This document shows, one piece after another, positions 21,673-33,978 of a stretch of DNA of 64,000 bases. The position numbers and the translations under genes are program-made. Source of the stretch: an uncultured Methanosarcinaceae archaeon. Lineage in GTDB: Archaea; Halobacteriota; Methanosarcinia; Methanosarcinales; Methanosarcinaceae. The stretch is from the NCBI GenBank assembly GCA_963733675.1, contig CAVTET010000006.1, forward strand, positions 32,001 to 96,000, given 5' to 3'. The notes under the pieces were generated by a model, which did not search any database, had not been told where the DNA came from, and saw only the letters and a program-made list of their open reading frames with translations. The first letter of the stretch is position 1. Each line of letters opens with the position of its first letter.

Positions 21673-22149
21673 ATGGGAACTTTCAAGAACCATTATAATC
21701 TAGCAGATTTATATTTTGATCTACCTTTGCACTATAAAATGGAACTACTTCATGCAATCCGTTGTGCCTATAAAACAAGATATCAAATGTTTTTTTTAGA
21801 CAATGACAGAATCAATTATTCCAAAATTATATGCTTTTAGATTGGTTTAAAACCCTAAAAAGATGATTAAGAATTTTTTTTAATTTCGTCTAAGATTGCC
21901 TAAATTTTACCATTAATTATACTAATAATTGACTACAATAAATTAAAAACTTCGAAAAAAATAAAAAATCTCCGAATTGGAAATGCTAACTGCGAATCAA
22001 AAATTTTATAAAACTGCATCCTAAAAGCAGCACTAAATCATGGATTACAATGTGATAGGAGACTAAAAAAATTTAGAGTCGGTAATCTACAGTGAAGTTC
22101 TCCAGATAAGACATTTAAGTAGCATTATCTAAAGGGTAAAAGGAAAAAA

Positions 22150-22512
22150 TCAAGCAGAAGAAAGTTCTACGATGGCTTCTGCCAGATTCCCGTTTGACTT
22201 TATTAGAGCTTCACGTGCCTCTTTTTCAGAAACACCTGTCTGTTCTATTACGAGTTTTATATCATCTGCGGGAATTTCCAGTTCTTTCGGGATTTCCTTT
22301 GCATCACCTACAATCTGGTATGTTTCTGAGCCCTGAACATTCATGATAGTGACATTTGCATTTTCGATAACGATATTTAAGTCTGCAGTCTTTATTATTA
22401 CTTCCTGAACATCCTTAAGCTCTTTGACATTAATCCCCATCTGCTTCATCATTTGCTTCATTTTAGCCGGGTTCACACCTCGGCCCCCCACTCCTCCAAT
22501 TCCTGGAAACAT
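22150..22512 (-). CDS. nac: Nascent polypeptide-associated complex protein
   Basis: MKQMMKQMGI NAC domain and C-terminal UBA (DIKLVIEQTGVS..AREAL..GNLAEAI). Confidence 0.96.
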   Translation of the reverse strand: MFPGIGGVGGRGVNPAKMKQMMKQMGINVKELKDVQEVIIKTADLNIVIENANVTIMNVQGSETYQIVGDAKEIPKELEIPADDIKLVIEQTGVSEKEAREALIKSNGNLAEAIVELSSA

Positions 22513-22593
22513 AGATTTGCTTCTCCTTTGTTGATGGTTTTTGTTTGCTCTTTTAGGTTCTAATTCGCATGCTCATCAATATTTTATTTACCT

Positions 22594-22914
22594 TTAATGA
22601 CATCCTCCTCCACATGTGCCGCATCCACCGGCTGTGGGGTTACTAATAAGGAATCCTTTCCCATTTTCATCTTCAATAAAGTCAATGCTGCCCTGAGAAA
22701 AGTTTCTTTCAATATCTTTTGCCATCACGAGTTTGATCCGATTGCTTTCCATCGTTACATCTTCTTCCTTTACTTCACCATCAAAGGAAAGTCCATATTG
22801 AATTCCACTGCATGAAACCCCGGCAACAAATATTCGGAGAGCAATTTCGGGATTTCCTTCCTGTTCAATGAGTGTTTTAAGTTCTGAAGCAGCTTTATCT
22901 GTTACTTCTATCAT
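22594..22914 (-). CDS. HesB/IscA-family Fe-S cluster assembly protein
   Basis: MIEVTDKAA, LRIFVAGVSCSGIQYGL and NP..GGCGTCG motifs. Confidence 0.93.
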   Translation of the reverse strand: MIEVTDKAASELKTLIEQEGNPEIALRIFVAGVSCSGIQYGLSFDGEVKEEDVTMESNRIKLVMAKDIERNFSQGSIDFIEDENGKGFLISNPTAGGCGTCGGGCH

Positions 22915-23210
22915 TTATATACCTCTTTTTATTTTGAAAGTTTCCTAAATGGATGTCTCCTTTAATTTTGATACTATTTATCCGTTACAGCTTACAGATA
23001 ATTTCCAAATGGTATATGTTCTTGCATCTGAGACATATAACGTTTATTTAGAATTGAGGCTTTTATTCTTCAGAAAGATATTTTTAGAGAAAATATATGG
23101 GAGAGCAGGACACTATTCCTTCTGAATAAATGTCATTATTTTACGAATATACAAATATAGTATATATATTGATTACATACTTTTCCGGATAGTTTTCCAT
23201 AACTTTTAAT

Positions 23211-24371
23211 TCACAGAAATTCGGCATCCTCATCCATAGGCTGTTCCAGAACCTTTGCATTATAAGCATTTATTTCCAGAGAGTTACGCTTTCCCCTCAC
23301 TTCCCAGATAGGAATATACACAAGCTCCATGTCGAGCTCTATATCTTCAGCTCTTGGACCGATGTTCCTATGTTCATATATAATTGCTTGCCCGTCCATA
23401 TTGTTAAAGCGTATTTCACGTGTATTTTCCTCAATAATTAAATCTAGAATGATCTTCTCAGCCTGTTTCCTGTTAACATTTTGCCTTCTGATCTCATGTT
23501 GTACTGCTGGGATTCTTGTCGGCATTCTAAGACCTTCAATTTCCATATCCTCATTTGATTTATTTAACGCGTTAAGAAAACCTTTCCCTTTGCCGGCAAT
23601 GCTTAAAACTTTTGATCGAAATCGCTTTTCTACCTCAACATTATATATGTATTTCCAAAAAGGTACAAATTTCAAAATTGCATCCTCAGGATTGCTGAGA
23701 TAGGACTTTGCAATGTCTATCGCCTGATTTTTAGAAATATTTGGTTCCACTGACAGTATATTAAGCATTCCGTATGAATCAACTTTAGGAATCTCAACAT
23801 GTGCCAGTTTGTTTGGATTATTCATCTTCTCATAAGGTCTTAGCAGAGATTTGGCTTCAAAAAAGGTATTATCTGCTCCCAATGACTGGCTCTGGAGTGG
23901 TAAGAGCTCTCTGCTAGAGTCAGATTCCTGCCTGAATATATCTTCTTTCCAACCTTCTGAATGCAATTCAAAAGTTATTCCGGTGGATGAATCCAGTGTC
24001 TTATTTGTTGATGAAGCTTCTGGTCCAAAATGCGAATTTTTTATTTTCCTTTCTATATTTATGAGAACCATCCTCCCTATCTGAAGGGCCAAATCGTCTC
24101 TGTCCCACAAATGGATCCCGAATTCAGCTGCATAGTTACTTAATTCTCCAGAAGTTTTCTGGGTCATCACATATATTCCTTTACAGCCTCTTAACTTTTC
24201 GTAAAAGGCTTTTATTTCTTCATAATCTGGCCTTGAGGCATACCTGACATAAGCATGATGCCGGTTTTTCTCCACAATGATATCACACTGACTGGATATT
24301 GTAACATTGTATCCAGATGATTTGAAGATATCCACAAGAATTTTTAAAAGGTCTTGCTCCATTATTCTCAC
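23211..24371 (-). CDS. Hypothetical protein with a restriction-endonuclease-like (Mrr/PD-(D/E)XK-type) N-terminal fold
   Basis: IFKSSGYNV..CDIIVEK..YAAEFGIHLWDRDDL pattern; the catalytic set looks incomplete. Confidence 0.65.
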   Translation of the reverse strand: MRIMEQDLLKILVDIFKSSGYNVTISSQCDIIVEKNRHHAYVRYASRPDYEEIKAFYEKLRGCKGIYVMTQKTSGELSNYAAEFGIHLWDRDDLALQIGRMVLINIERKIKNSHFGPEASSTNKTLDSSTGITFELHSEGWKEDIFRQESDSSRELLPLQSQSLGADNTFFEAKSLLRPYEKMNNPNKLAHVEIPKVDSYGMLNILSVEPNISKNQAIDIAKSYLSNPEDAILKFVPFWKYIYNVEVEKRFRSKVLSIAGKGKGFLNALNKSNEDMEIEGLRMPTRIPAVQHEIRRQNVNRKQAEKIILDLIIEENTREIRFNNMDGQAIIYEHRNIGPRAEDIELDMELVYIPIWEVRGKRNSLEINAYNAKVLEQPMDEDAEFL

Positions 24372-24627
24372 TCTTCTATATTCTGCACAGCTAAAATAGT
24401 TTATGTTTTACACTTAATAAATATAGAAGACTTTGACAAACCCCTGAATTTCGTCATATGTCCATAAATTGTATATGAATGACTCGCAAAAACCAGAAAT
24501 TTATCAAAATCCTCTATAATAATTTTATAGTCTATTAATATACGTCAAGTTTATCTCTTTTAATGCTTTTTTATTATTTTTCTAAGCATACAACTATTTA
24601 AGAAATCGAATCATAATCAATTACATT

Positions 24628-26607
24628 ATGAGTGGGATCAAGCTTGGAGCAGACTCGTTTTCAACATATGAAGAAGGAATAAAGAGAGAATGGATAATAG
24701 GAAATGGGCTTGGAGGATATGCTTCCTCTACAGTTATTGGGGTAGGAACAAGGACTTACCACGGACTACTTGTAGCAGCTCCAGAAAATTTACCGGGAAG
24801 GTTTTTGCTCCTCTCATCCCTTGATGAAGAAGTTTCTTCCAATAAAGAAATTTATCGACTTGCAACTCATAAGTATCAGGATACCATTTTCCCAATGGGC
24901 TTCAATTATCTTTCCAAATTCATTCTTGCCCCATTTCCACTATGGGTTTATCAATCAGACATTTTTACCGTAAAAAAAAAGGTATTTATGATTCATAACA
25001 GTAATACAACCTGTATTCTCTATGATATAAATTCCAGAACAGAGGGAACTGTGCTAAGAATTTTTCCTCTGGTAAACTCCAGAAATTTCCATTACACTAC
25101 TCACTCAGGAGACATCTCCTTTTCCCAGAAGGCTGATTCTACAGGAGTAAAACTAGAAAGCTCTAATGGTTTAACTTTATCGCTATCATCCAATCTTCAG
25201 TATCATCCTGATCCTAAGTGGTACTACAATTTTGTTTATGACACTGAAAAACAAAGAAAATGCAACTTCCTGGAAGATAATTTCAATCCCGGCTATTTTG
25301 AAAGCAAAATCAAAATGGGAACTTCAAGATTTTTTATTGCTGCTTCAACCGGCGATATTTCCTTATTTACTCTCGAAAAAGTTGATGAACTTTATAGTAA
25401 AGAAACACATCGACATAAGCATCTCAATTTTAATTCAAAACTTAATGAAACCTTTGCTCTCAAGCTTCTGAGAGCAACAGACTCTTTTATAATAAAAAAG
25501 ACCTCCTCAGGTGAGAGTACAGTGATTGCGGGATATCACTGGTACTCTGATTGGGGGAGAGATACCATGATTTCTTTGCCTGGCCTACTTTTAATTACTC
25601 ACCGCTTTGATGAAGCCAAGTACATTCTCCAAAACTTTTCCAGACATTGTAGAAAAGGCTTGATCCAGAACGCTTTTCTGACTCTTGGAGGAGAACCAAT
25701 CTACAATACAGTAGATGCTTCTCTCTGGTTTATTCATGCCATTGAACGCTATTTCGCATATACAAAGGATTTTCTGCTTCTAGAAGATCTCTGGAATACC
25801 ATAGATAGTATCATAGATAATTACCTTAACGGCACAGACTTTGGAATTGGCATGGATTCTGATTACCTTATCCGTCAAGGGCCTCAACTAACCTGGATGG
25901 ATGCCAAAATAGGAGAACTAGCAGTAACCCCAAGAGCAGGTAAAACCTGTGAAATCAATGCACTCTGGTATAATGCCCTGAAAACTGCCTCCAATCTGGG
26001 AACTCTTCTCGCCAAAGACATTTCTTCATATGAGGCTCTTGCAGCTGGGGTAGCTTCGAATTTTGAGGATTTATTCTGGAACTTAGAAACTAACTGCCTA
26101 TTTGATTTAGTATATAAGGACGAAGGAGGAAAACAGGTTAAAGATCCTGCTATCCGGCCTAATCAGATCTTTGCTGTAGCGCTTCCTTACACTATGCTTT
26201 CTCCGGATAAAGAAAAAGCTATTGTGGACAGAGTCGAAAAAGATCTTTTGACACCTTTTGGGCTCAGAACTCTTTCGAGTGATCACCCATCTTATGTAGG
26301 ACACTATAACGGAGATGCCATAACTAGAGATACAGCCTACCACAACGGGACCGTCTGGCCTTGGCTCCTAGGCGCCTATGTGAAAGCCTATAGGAAAGTA
26401 CACAATTACTCAAAAAATAGTTTTGAAGATATGCGGACTCTTCTACAGGGATTTGAGATACACCTTGAAATCGCCGGCATCGGTACCATTTCCGAGGTTT
26501 TAGACGGGGACTATCCTTACTCTCCAGGTGGCTGCATTTCCCAAGCCTGGAGCGTTGCAGAGATTTTAAGGGCATATGTAGAGGATGTACTTGGGATCAA
26601 ACCTTGA
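24628..26607 (+). CDS. Glycogen debranching enzyme (amylo-alpha-1,6-glucosidase, archaeal type)
   Basis: EWIIGNGLGGYAS, TRTYHGLL, IAGYHWYSDWGRDTMI, LTWMDAK, YHNGTVWPW and QAWSVAE motifs. Confidence 0.95.
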   Translation: MSGIKLGADSFSTYEEGIKREWIIGNGLGGYASSTVIGVGTRTYHGLLVAAPENLPGRFLLLSSLDEEVSSNKEIYRLATHKYQDTIFPMGFNYLSKFILAPFPLWVYQSDIFTVKKKVFMIHNSNTTCILYDINSRTEGTVLRIFPLVNSRNFHYTTHSGDISFSQKADSTGVKLESSNGLTLSLSSNLQYHPDPKWYYNFVYDTEKQRKCNFLEDNFNPGYFESKIKMGTSRFFIAASTGDISLFTLEKVDELYSKETHRHKHLNFNSKLNETFALKLLRATDSFIIKKTSSGESTVIAGYHWYSDWGRDTMISLPGLLLITHRFDEAKYILQNFSRHCRKGLIQNAFLTLGGEPIYNTVDASLWFIHAIERYFAYTKDFLLLEDLWNTIDSIIDNYLNGTDFGIGMDSDYLIRQGPQLTWMDAKIGELAVTPRAGKTCEINALWYNALKTASNLGTLLAKDISSYEALAAGVASNFEDLFWNLETNCLFDLVYKDEGGKQVKDPAIRPNQIFAVALPYTMLSPDKEKAIVDRVEKDLLTPFGLRTLSSDHPSYVGHYNGDAITRDTAYHNGTVWPWLLGAYVKAYRKVHNYSKNSFEDMRTLLQGFEIHLEIAGIGTISEVLDGDYPYSPGGCISQAWSVAEILRAYVEDVLGIKP

Positions 26608-27264
26608 AAGCTGAATTCGGAGTAATGCTCCTTATTTTTAAAAATTAAATACTGAGTTTTATGGAAAAAGCAAACACTAATGACTTACTTAAAGTCTCTA
26701 CAATCCCATAAAAAGGTAAATTGACTATAATTTCCCATATGCTGCCAGAGGACCAAAAAATTAAGCAGATCTTTCAAAACAACAAATATTTGATTTTCAT
26801 CCTGTTTTTCAAACCCGCTCTTACATATATTATTGTAAAAAGATTGATTGTTGAGGGGACGAATTCAAAGGAACTAATGAGTGAGCTGAAGGTGAGTTAA
26901 AGTAAGTTACAGAAAGTGAGTTGTGAAAAGAAGCTATAGGAAATAAGGCCTAGTAATCAAGGTCATGTATGCACTTTGTTGACCAAAATTAAAAAAGTAC
27001 TTCTCAAATGTTTGAAAAAAAAGATCTATATTTTTGTGCTCATAGTCTTCAATAACTAATCCGCAAATCCATAATTCAGGAAATTATATACTCGTAATTT
27101 TTTTATTCCGGATTTTAAAGGCAAAGACTATTTAACAGCTTTATTTATATATTGCTCCAATCTCTTATTTATCAGCATATTCTTAATCTTGCTGCTTTAA
27201 AACGAATATAAATACCCTCTAAAGTATTCTAAATTCATCTGTCTTAACCAATATTATAAAGGAG

Positions 27265-28642
27265 ATGGTAGGCATAAAATCAATAGTTCTTGCAGGTGGC
27301 TCAGGAGTGCGACTTTGGCCTCTCAGCAGGGAAAGGCATCCCAAACAATTTTTAAAATTGGGTAAATTTTCTCTTTTCCAGGAGACTGTGCTTCGCTGTC
27401 TTGAAATTTCCGATATATCGGAAATTTTTGTTGTGACCAATGAAGATCAAAAATTTTTCGTTATTGACCAAATTAAAGAAATCGGATATTCGATTCCTTA
27501 TGAAAATATCTTAATAGAACCTGAAAGCAAGAATACACTTCCTGCAATCTTCTTCGGAATGAGAGAAATTGAGAAAAAATTTGGGAATTCCATAGTAGGA
27601 GTCTTTTCTTCAGATCATGTCCTTGACAGATCTGCGATGAAAGTAATTTCTTCAGCTGAAAATCTGACTTCTGATTATCTTGTTACCTTTGGAGTTGTTC
27701 CCGTTTTCCCTCATACGGGATATGGCTATATTAAAACATCAGAGTTTTGTGAACCGGGATATAAGGTTTCAGAATTCAGAGAAAAGCCAGATTTAGAAAC
27801 TGCCAAGAAATATATTAAAGAAGGTTGTCTCTGGAATAGTGGAATGTTCCTTTTCAAGACTGTAGCTTTTCTTTGAAGAAGTTAAAAAACATGCGCCATC
27901 TGTATTCGCCTGTTTTGACAAATATGATAACATTAATGAAATTTATGAAAATGTGGAGAAAATCTCCATTGATTATGGAATAATGGAAAAATCCGATCGA
28001 GTAGTAGTTGTAAAGCTAGACCAAAAATGGAGCGACCTTGGGAATTTTTCGGCAATTTATGATGAGCTCGAGAAAGACTCTGTAGGAAACGTTATCTATG
28101 AATGTGATCCTTTGCTGCTTAATTCTGATGGGAACTTTATATATTCAAAATGCGGTAAGATTGTTTCACTAATCGATATTAAAGACATGATTATCGTCGA
28201 TACCAGTGATGCTCTATTGATTTGTCCCAAATCTAGTTGCGAAAAGGTGAAGGAAATTGTCTCTGAGCTTAAGAACAAGAATGATGAGAGGGCATATATC
28301 GGGCAGACAGTCTACCGGCCCTGGGGTTCTTACACCTTACTAGAAGAAAATCAAGGGCATAAAATAAAGAACATTACTGTACTTCCTGATCAGAAGTTAA
28401 GTCTCCAACTTCATTATCATAGAAATGAGCACTGGGTAATTGTAAAAGGTATGGCTTGGGTTGAAGTTAATAACCAGCAATTTTTCCTGAGACCTGGAGA
28501 AAGTACTTTTATAAAAGCCGGTGAAAAACACAGGTTGTCTAATCCTGGCAAGATATCGCTTGAGATTATTGAGGTGCAGTTCGGAGAATTTTTGGAAGAA
28601 GCGGATATTATTAGGTTTGATGACTTGTATGGGAGGGACTGA
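27265..28642 (+). pseudogene. manC: Mannose-1-phosphate guanylyltransferase / mannose-6-phosphate isomerase, with a +1 frameshift at about 27862-27870
   Basis: LAGGSGVRLWPLSR, TGYGYI and WNSGMF are in one frame; FFEEV..SIDYGIMEK, WSDLG, RPWGSY and LSLQLHYHRNEHW are in the next. Confidence 0.92.
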
Positions 28643-29340
28643 TGCGAAGCTCATGATCCAGCAACATTAGACTGAAAATGTTTGTTTCGCATATTCTTCA
28701 TAAGGAGAACCCTGTTATGTATATTGCTGGGAAACCAACTATAAGTCATAATTTATGTTGAATAATCGATATTAAACCTGAATAAATTATATTTGTAGGA
28801 GGCCACAAGGAGCAAAGAATATTATACACTAGCATATATTATAAAGAGAAAATAAAATTCAAGTAGTCTTGTGGATAACTAAATAAATTTATTTATTAAT
28901 AACAAAAATTTGTGTAATGACTCAAACAACTACACAAGAAAATTTATTCAAAATTCTATGTATTTAAGCATTAGGAAGCTTTAATCTTTTAATGATAATT
29001 TTAACTCGTGAAAACTTTTACTGATTTGCTCTTCAAGATGAATATTACACTTATCCTGTCTGAAGCAGACCTGAAGCTGAAGTAATCACCATGTTTAAAC
29101 TGATTTTTTTTATAGCAAGGAAAATTACCACAATAGTATGGAATTTTGCTACAAATAACGAGATATACTAAGATGAAATCGGATATCAAAAGGGCGAAAT
29201 TTGGAAAAAAGATTGTTGAGACTGAGACATTCTCAATTGATACACGTATAAAAATAATTGATGGAATAACCGCAATCGTGGACAACTGGAATGGAGAGAG
29301 TACTTTAGGAGCCAGTTTAGTCACTTACTTACATTTTAAA

Positions 29341-30027
29341 TCAGGAGTGAGATATCAATAAAGCTCTTGCAGGCGCGCCGTCACAATCTTCAATTTTCAG
29401 AGGCAAGCACAGGAAGAAATAAATCCCTACCTCCACTAAACTGAACTCTAGGCATTCCACTATGTTTACGTTTCCTGAAAGAAGTATTCTGTGAGCAGGC
29501 AGAATTTTGGAATGAACACTATCTATGGAAAAGTTATCTACTCCAATAGTTTTAAACTTCTTTTCAACAATCCATGATGCTGCACTTTCATCAAGATATG
29601 TGGAACCAAACTTTTTTTCTCCGGAGTCCTTATTTTGATAACTTATATCTTCGGAACCTTTTTGTTTACGGAATGAACTTTTTGTTTTCAGAAGTAGAAT
29701 TGAGATATCTTCAGAAACCCCTGCATTCTGGAAAGCTTTTTCAAGAATATCGGCGGTTAATGAACCTTCCATTGGAGAACAATCGATAATTAACGCCATT
29801 CCCATCAGGCTCTCAAGTTTCAATTTATCAACAGGTATACCATTACTCAGGACATGAGAAGGAGCATCTACATGCGTGCCTGTATGACTCCCAAAACTCA
29901 ACCTAGATACCATACAGCCTTTGTTTTCAAGAGTACAGATACTCTCAATTATAGGTTCTGGGTCTCCTGGGAAAATTTTCATAAAAGGAGAAATTGGGGT
30001 TGAAATGTCTATGACTTTTCTCTTCAC
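29341..30027 (-). CDS. Cyclase / kynurenine formamidase family protein
   Basis: FPGDP, HTGTHVDAP and DGAPARA motifs; GTG start at 30027 is preferred. Confidence 0.92.
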   Translation of the reverse strand: MKRKVIDISTPISPFMKIFPGDPEPIIESICTLENKGCMVSRLSFGSHTGTHVDAPSHVLSNGIPVDKLKLESLMGMALIIDCSPMEGSLTADILEKAFQNAGVSEDISILLLKTKSSFRKQKGSEDISYQNKDSGEKKFGSTYLDESAASWIVEKKFKTIGVDNFSIDSVHSKILPAHRILLSGNVNIVECLEFSLVEVGIYFFLCLPLKIEDCDGAPARALLISHS

Positions 30028-30223
30028 CAGAATTTTCTCCACGATAAGCACCTTTTTCCATATGGATGATGTATTTGTTCATGCACTCATCATTATATTC
30101 CATGCATGGAGTGAATTTTTTGTCGATTTTTGCAAGCTCTTTTTCCTCATTAATTGCGCTCACAGTACAGATAATCTTGTATTTTCCACACCCTTTACAA
30201 CCAAAAACAGATATACATATCAT
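29945..30223 (-). CDS. Small Cys-containing hypothetical protein overlapping the cyclase start
   Basis: ORF with CKGC and a coding-like composition; no family recognised. Confidence 0.35.
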   Translation of the reverse strand: MICISVFGCKGCGKYKIICTVSAINEEKELAKIDKKFTPCMEYNDECMNKYIIHMEKGAYRGENSGEEKSHRHFNPNFSFYENFPRRPRTYN

Positions 30224-30568
30224 ATCTTTTCTGACATTAATAAATCTTTGATACCTAATTGATACCTAATTATATGTTTCTGAGATATATGGTTTCTTTA
30301 ATTAAATTTTCCCCATCCAGGTATATATAACCAAAAAAAGCTGATTTTCCACTACCATTTAGTTGATTTTATTCCCGAAATACACTTAGTAGCATTTTGC
30401 GATTTTTTTTGTTCTGCGCTTCAATTATGTTAGTTAGAGAATATCTGCTTCAGTGAATGAAAACGCAAACTTTCGTTACATTGGATATCTAATTATGAGA
30501 ACATCAACCACTTAATAGTAGAAAACCAACAAATCTTATATATAAAAAAAGAATATGGAGACTCAGGT

Positions 30569-31630
30569 ATGGAAAAGCGCAATGAATACGAGACTGGCTC
30601 TTTTAGTAGCTACCTTTCCAAAGGCTGCAGGCTATGCCAGGAGGGGGCGACGATGGTACTCTTTGTAACAGGTCTTTGCCCAAAAAGCTGTTTTTACTGC
30701 CCACTTTCCGACGAAAAACGTGGAAAAGATCTTGTTTTTGCAAACGAGAGACCCATAAAAAGAGACGAAGACATACTTAAGGAAGCTGAGCTCATGGATG
30801 CCCTTGGGACTGGAATTACTGGTGGCGAACCACTTCTGAAAATAGAAAAAGTCCTACACTACATTCGAATTCTGAAATCTTCTTTCGGACAGGATCATCA
30901 TATTCACCTATACACTTCTCTGAGTCCTGACAAACAGATAATTAAAAAACTTGCTGATGCTGGTCTTGATGAAATTCGTTTACATCCACCACAAGCAATC
31001 TGGGGAGATCTAAAACACAGTCCTTATGTGGATAGCTTACAAAATGCAAAAAACTTGGGTATAGAAACTGGAATTGAGGTTCCTTCCATTGAAGGAGCAG
31101 AAAAAGTTGCAGCTTTTGCAGAATACATGGGAGTTTTCCTTAACCTAAATGAATTGGAGTTTTCCGACAATAATTCAAAAGCTCTCCTAAAAAACGGTTT
31201 TTCCCTTGAATCAGACACATCCAACGCAGTTGCAGGTTCCGATAAATATGCTGGGACTACTCTCTTCATATGCAAAAAAGTACATTTTTGTTCTTCAACC
31301 CATAAGGATGCAGTCCAGTTACGTAAAAGGTTTCAGCGAATTGCAAAGAACATAGCACGAAAGTTTGATGAAATCACAGAAGACGGTACTCTAGTATATG
31401 GGATTATTGAATACGTAGATCAAAAACTTACAGAAAAAATTCTTGAGGACATCAAAATTCCATTAGAATTGTTTGAAGTAAAAAAAGGGAGAATAGAAAT
31501 AGCTTGGTGGGTTCTTGAAGAGCTAAAGGAAGAGATTAAAGAAAAATTAAAATCACTTGGGGCCAAGATTCTCATTGTTGAAAGATATCCATTTGAAGAT
31601 GGATTACTTGTAGAAATGACTCCTCTTTAA
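30569..31630 (+). CDS. Radical SAM protein (archaeal, PFL-activase-related family)
   Basis: GCRLC, GLCPKSCFYCP (CxxxCxxC), TGGEPL, LDEIRLHP and NLNELEFS motifs. Confidence 0.93.
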   Translation: MEKRNEYETGSFSSYLSKGCRLCQEGATMVLFVTGLCPKSCFYCPLSDEKRGKDLVFANERPIKRDEDILKEAELMDALGTGITGGEPLLKIEKVLHYIRILKSSFGQDHHIHLYTSLSPDKQIIKKLADAGLDEIRLHPPQAIWGDLKHSPYVDSLQNAKNLGIETGIEVPSIEGAEKVAAFAEYMGVFLNLNELEFSDNNSKALLKNGFSLESDTSNAVAGSDKYAGTTLFICKKVHFCSSTHKDAVQLRKRFQRIAKNIARKFDEITEDGTLVYGIIEYVDQKLTEKILEDIKIPLELFEVKKGRIEIAWWVLEELKEEIKEKLKSLGAKILIVERYPFEDGLLVEMTPL

Positions 31631-32056
31631 GGATTGCGTACCTGGAAAATTCCGAATTAAATAAACTTGCATGGGTATATATTCGTAGTGACTTTATGAG
31701 GATATCAGTAAACACAAATCTTCAAGGCTTTCCTTCAATCTTTTTTAATGCGCTTGATTTGGGAGCGTGCATAACTTTGTGCAAAATCTGCACTCTATCT
31801 CCTAATATTCTTTTTTGATTGTCGTTCCATAATTATTAATATTTATTTTCTGTTATTTAATCGATTTTTCTGTCCTGCAATTTAATGGTTATAGTCTAAT
31901 TGCTCCAATGCATGAGAATGCAATCATTTCTAATTGGAAACTTAATACTGGAAATATCAACTAGCTAATATGCCACTACTGAATAACGAATATTATATAA
32001 AATTAACCCGGGTTACTTTGTTAGAAAAACAAATGTTAAAGTTTGGGAGATATTTG

Positions 32057-32173
<117 letters not shown>

Positions 32174-32434
32174 GGGCTAATATAAAATTGTTTTTAGCTT
32201 TTAAAATCTTTTATTGAGAAGTAAGTTTTATTCAGAAACTATTTTTTGTAGTGAAAGAAAAAGGATGTAGAGCCAATTATATTTTACAGAACTTTGGTAC
32301 ACTCCCTAGACTGTCTCAATAGGTAATGAACTCGTTCAATCTTTGAAAATCTAGCCTTTTAATTCATCAGAAAAAAGCTAAGGCTAGAAAAAGGAATAAG
32401 ATGGTTGAGTACGGACACATGATATGCCACTCTT

Positions 32435-32614
32435 TTACTTCCCCAGGAACTTCTTGATTCTACCCACCTTTTCTTGCGCCTTACCTTCTATCTTTTCAAC
32501 ATTACCTTCGGCTTTCAAGTGGGGATTATTGATGAGTTCCCCGACTGTTTCCTTGATCTCTCCCTTCACTTTGTGAAGCTTACCTTCTGCTTGATCCCGA
32601 ATGCTTGTTTTCAT
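32435..32614 (-). CDS. CsbD-family general stress protein
   Basis: DQAEGKLHKVKGEIKETVG..LKAEG..EKIEGKAQEKVG; AAGGGAAG upstream of ATG 32614. Confidence 0.9.
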   Translation of the reverse strand: MKTSIRDQAEGKLHKVKGEIKETVGELINNPHLKAEGNVEKIEGKAQEKVGRIKKFLGK

Positions 32615-33978
32615 GGTACTTCCCTTTCCTAAAGTTTCTTTCTGATCTTGCGAAATTATCAAAGCTGTGGCTTTGTATCCCAAATAGGCAGAATTTAGGG
32701 TGTTGCAAGTGTTACTCTCTTGCTTTTCTGGCTGATCTGCACAAAACAAATATCGTGAGTTTGTTGATGTAATTACTTTAAGTTAATTGTATGGAAAATT
32801 GTTTCTGAACAAAAGCTACTCATGCACAAATTTTTTTAAGTTAAAAACTAATTAAACATTAGTAATATTTTTTTATGATTTTTGGGATCTTCAACATTTA
32901 GTGCTAATTTAGTCCCTAAAAGCAATGCAAATTAATTTCATATCAAATTCTGATCGTGCCCTTGAGTCATTATAGAAGATTTCGATAAACCTCTGATTTT
33001 CAAGAGTAATTTATGTATTATTTAGAAAGTTTATTAATAGCAATCACTCGTTCATCATCTTATGACCCAAAAGTTAAAAGCTTATTTAATTGGCTTGGTA
33101 CCACTTACTTCTTAACCAGAGATGAAGTATTCACCCATTACGTTTCATCGCGGCGTTGCTCCTGCTGAAAGCACTCTAGTTTTCGATTAGATAGATACTA
33201 ATGCAGTTATCCCAAAAATCTGTCTCGACAAATGCGAGCTAAATTTGAATTTTTTGCGAAAGATAGGAGACCAATGAAAAACAGAAACTTCAATCCGTCA
33301 ATATTGGCCAAATACCTCGCTAGTTTAGGATTCTAGCTTTATGAGGACCTGAGCCCAACAGGCATCGAAGTACATTACTTGCAAGTACGCACTTATGGAG
33401 GCATTATTAGCATGGGCACTTTGCACGTACAATCGTTGAATTTTCATGAATTGTGTAAAATCCGTCATTCATTGAAAGTTAGATTAATTTTTAAGCTACT
33501 TCCATATTGAGAAAATATATGAAATTTTTGTGTACATCTGCGGAAAATGGAAACAAATAAACTATCGATCTCATTTACTTTCTTTATCCACCACATATGA
33601 ATTAGACCAGTTGGTTCTACTACATGAATTTAATTAAATAAAATTTATTTAATTAGCTAAATAATTATCTAAATTAATTATATCAAAAACTTCTTCTGAA
33701 CAAAGGAACTCCCACATCAAATGTAGTAAAATTTAACAATATTTAAATATTACCAATGTTAGTATTATATCAGGTGTCGTTTATGGCTGGTTTAACAGCG
33801 ATGGCATTAACTATACTAAGATTACTGAACCGTAATTTGTTATTTAATGGCTTGAGTTTTTTAAATAAATATGAAAATATAGTATTCAATACATTTTTGC
33901 AATCTATACTAAGTAATGATGCAGATGATAGAGCTCTGCAGAGAAAATAGAATATGTCATTAGCAAATCAGACAGAAT

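Noticed and set aside
29001-29361. Opposing short ORFs between manC and the cyclase gene
   Set aside because: No recognisable motif; may be an eroded gene, but it cannot be identified.
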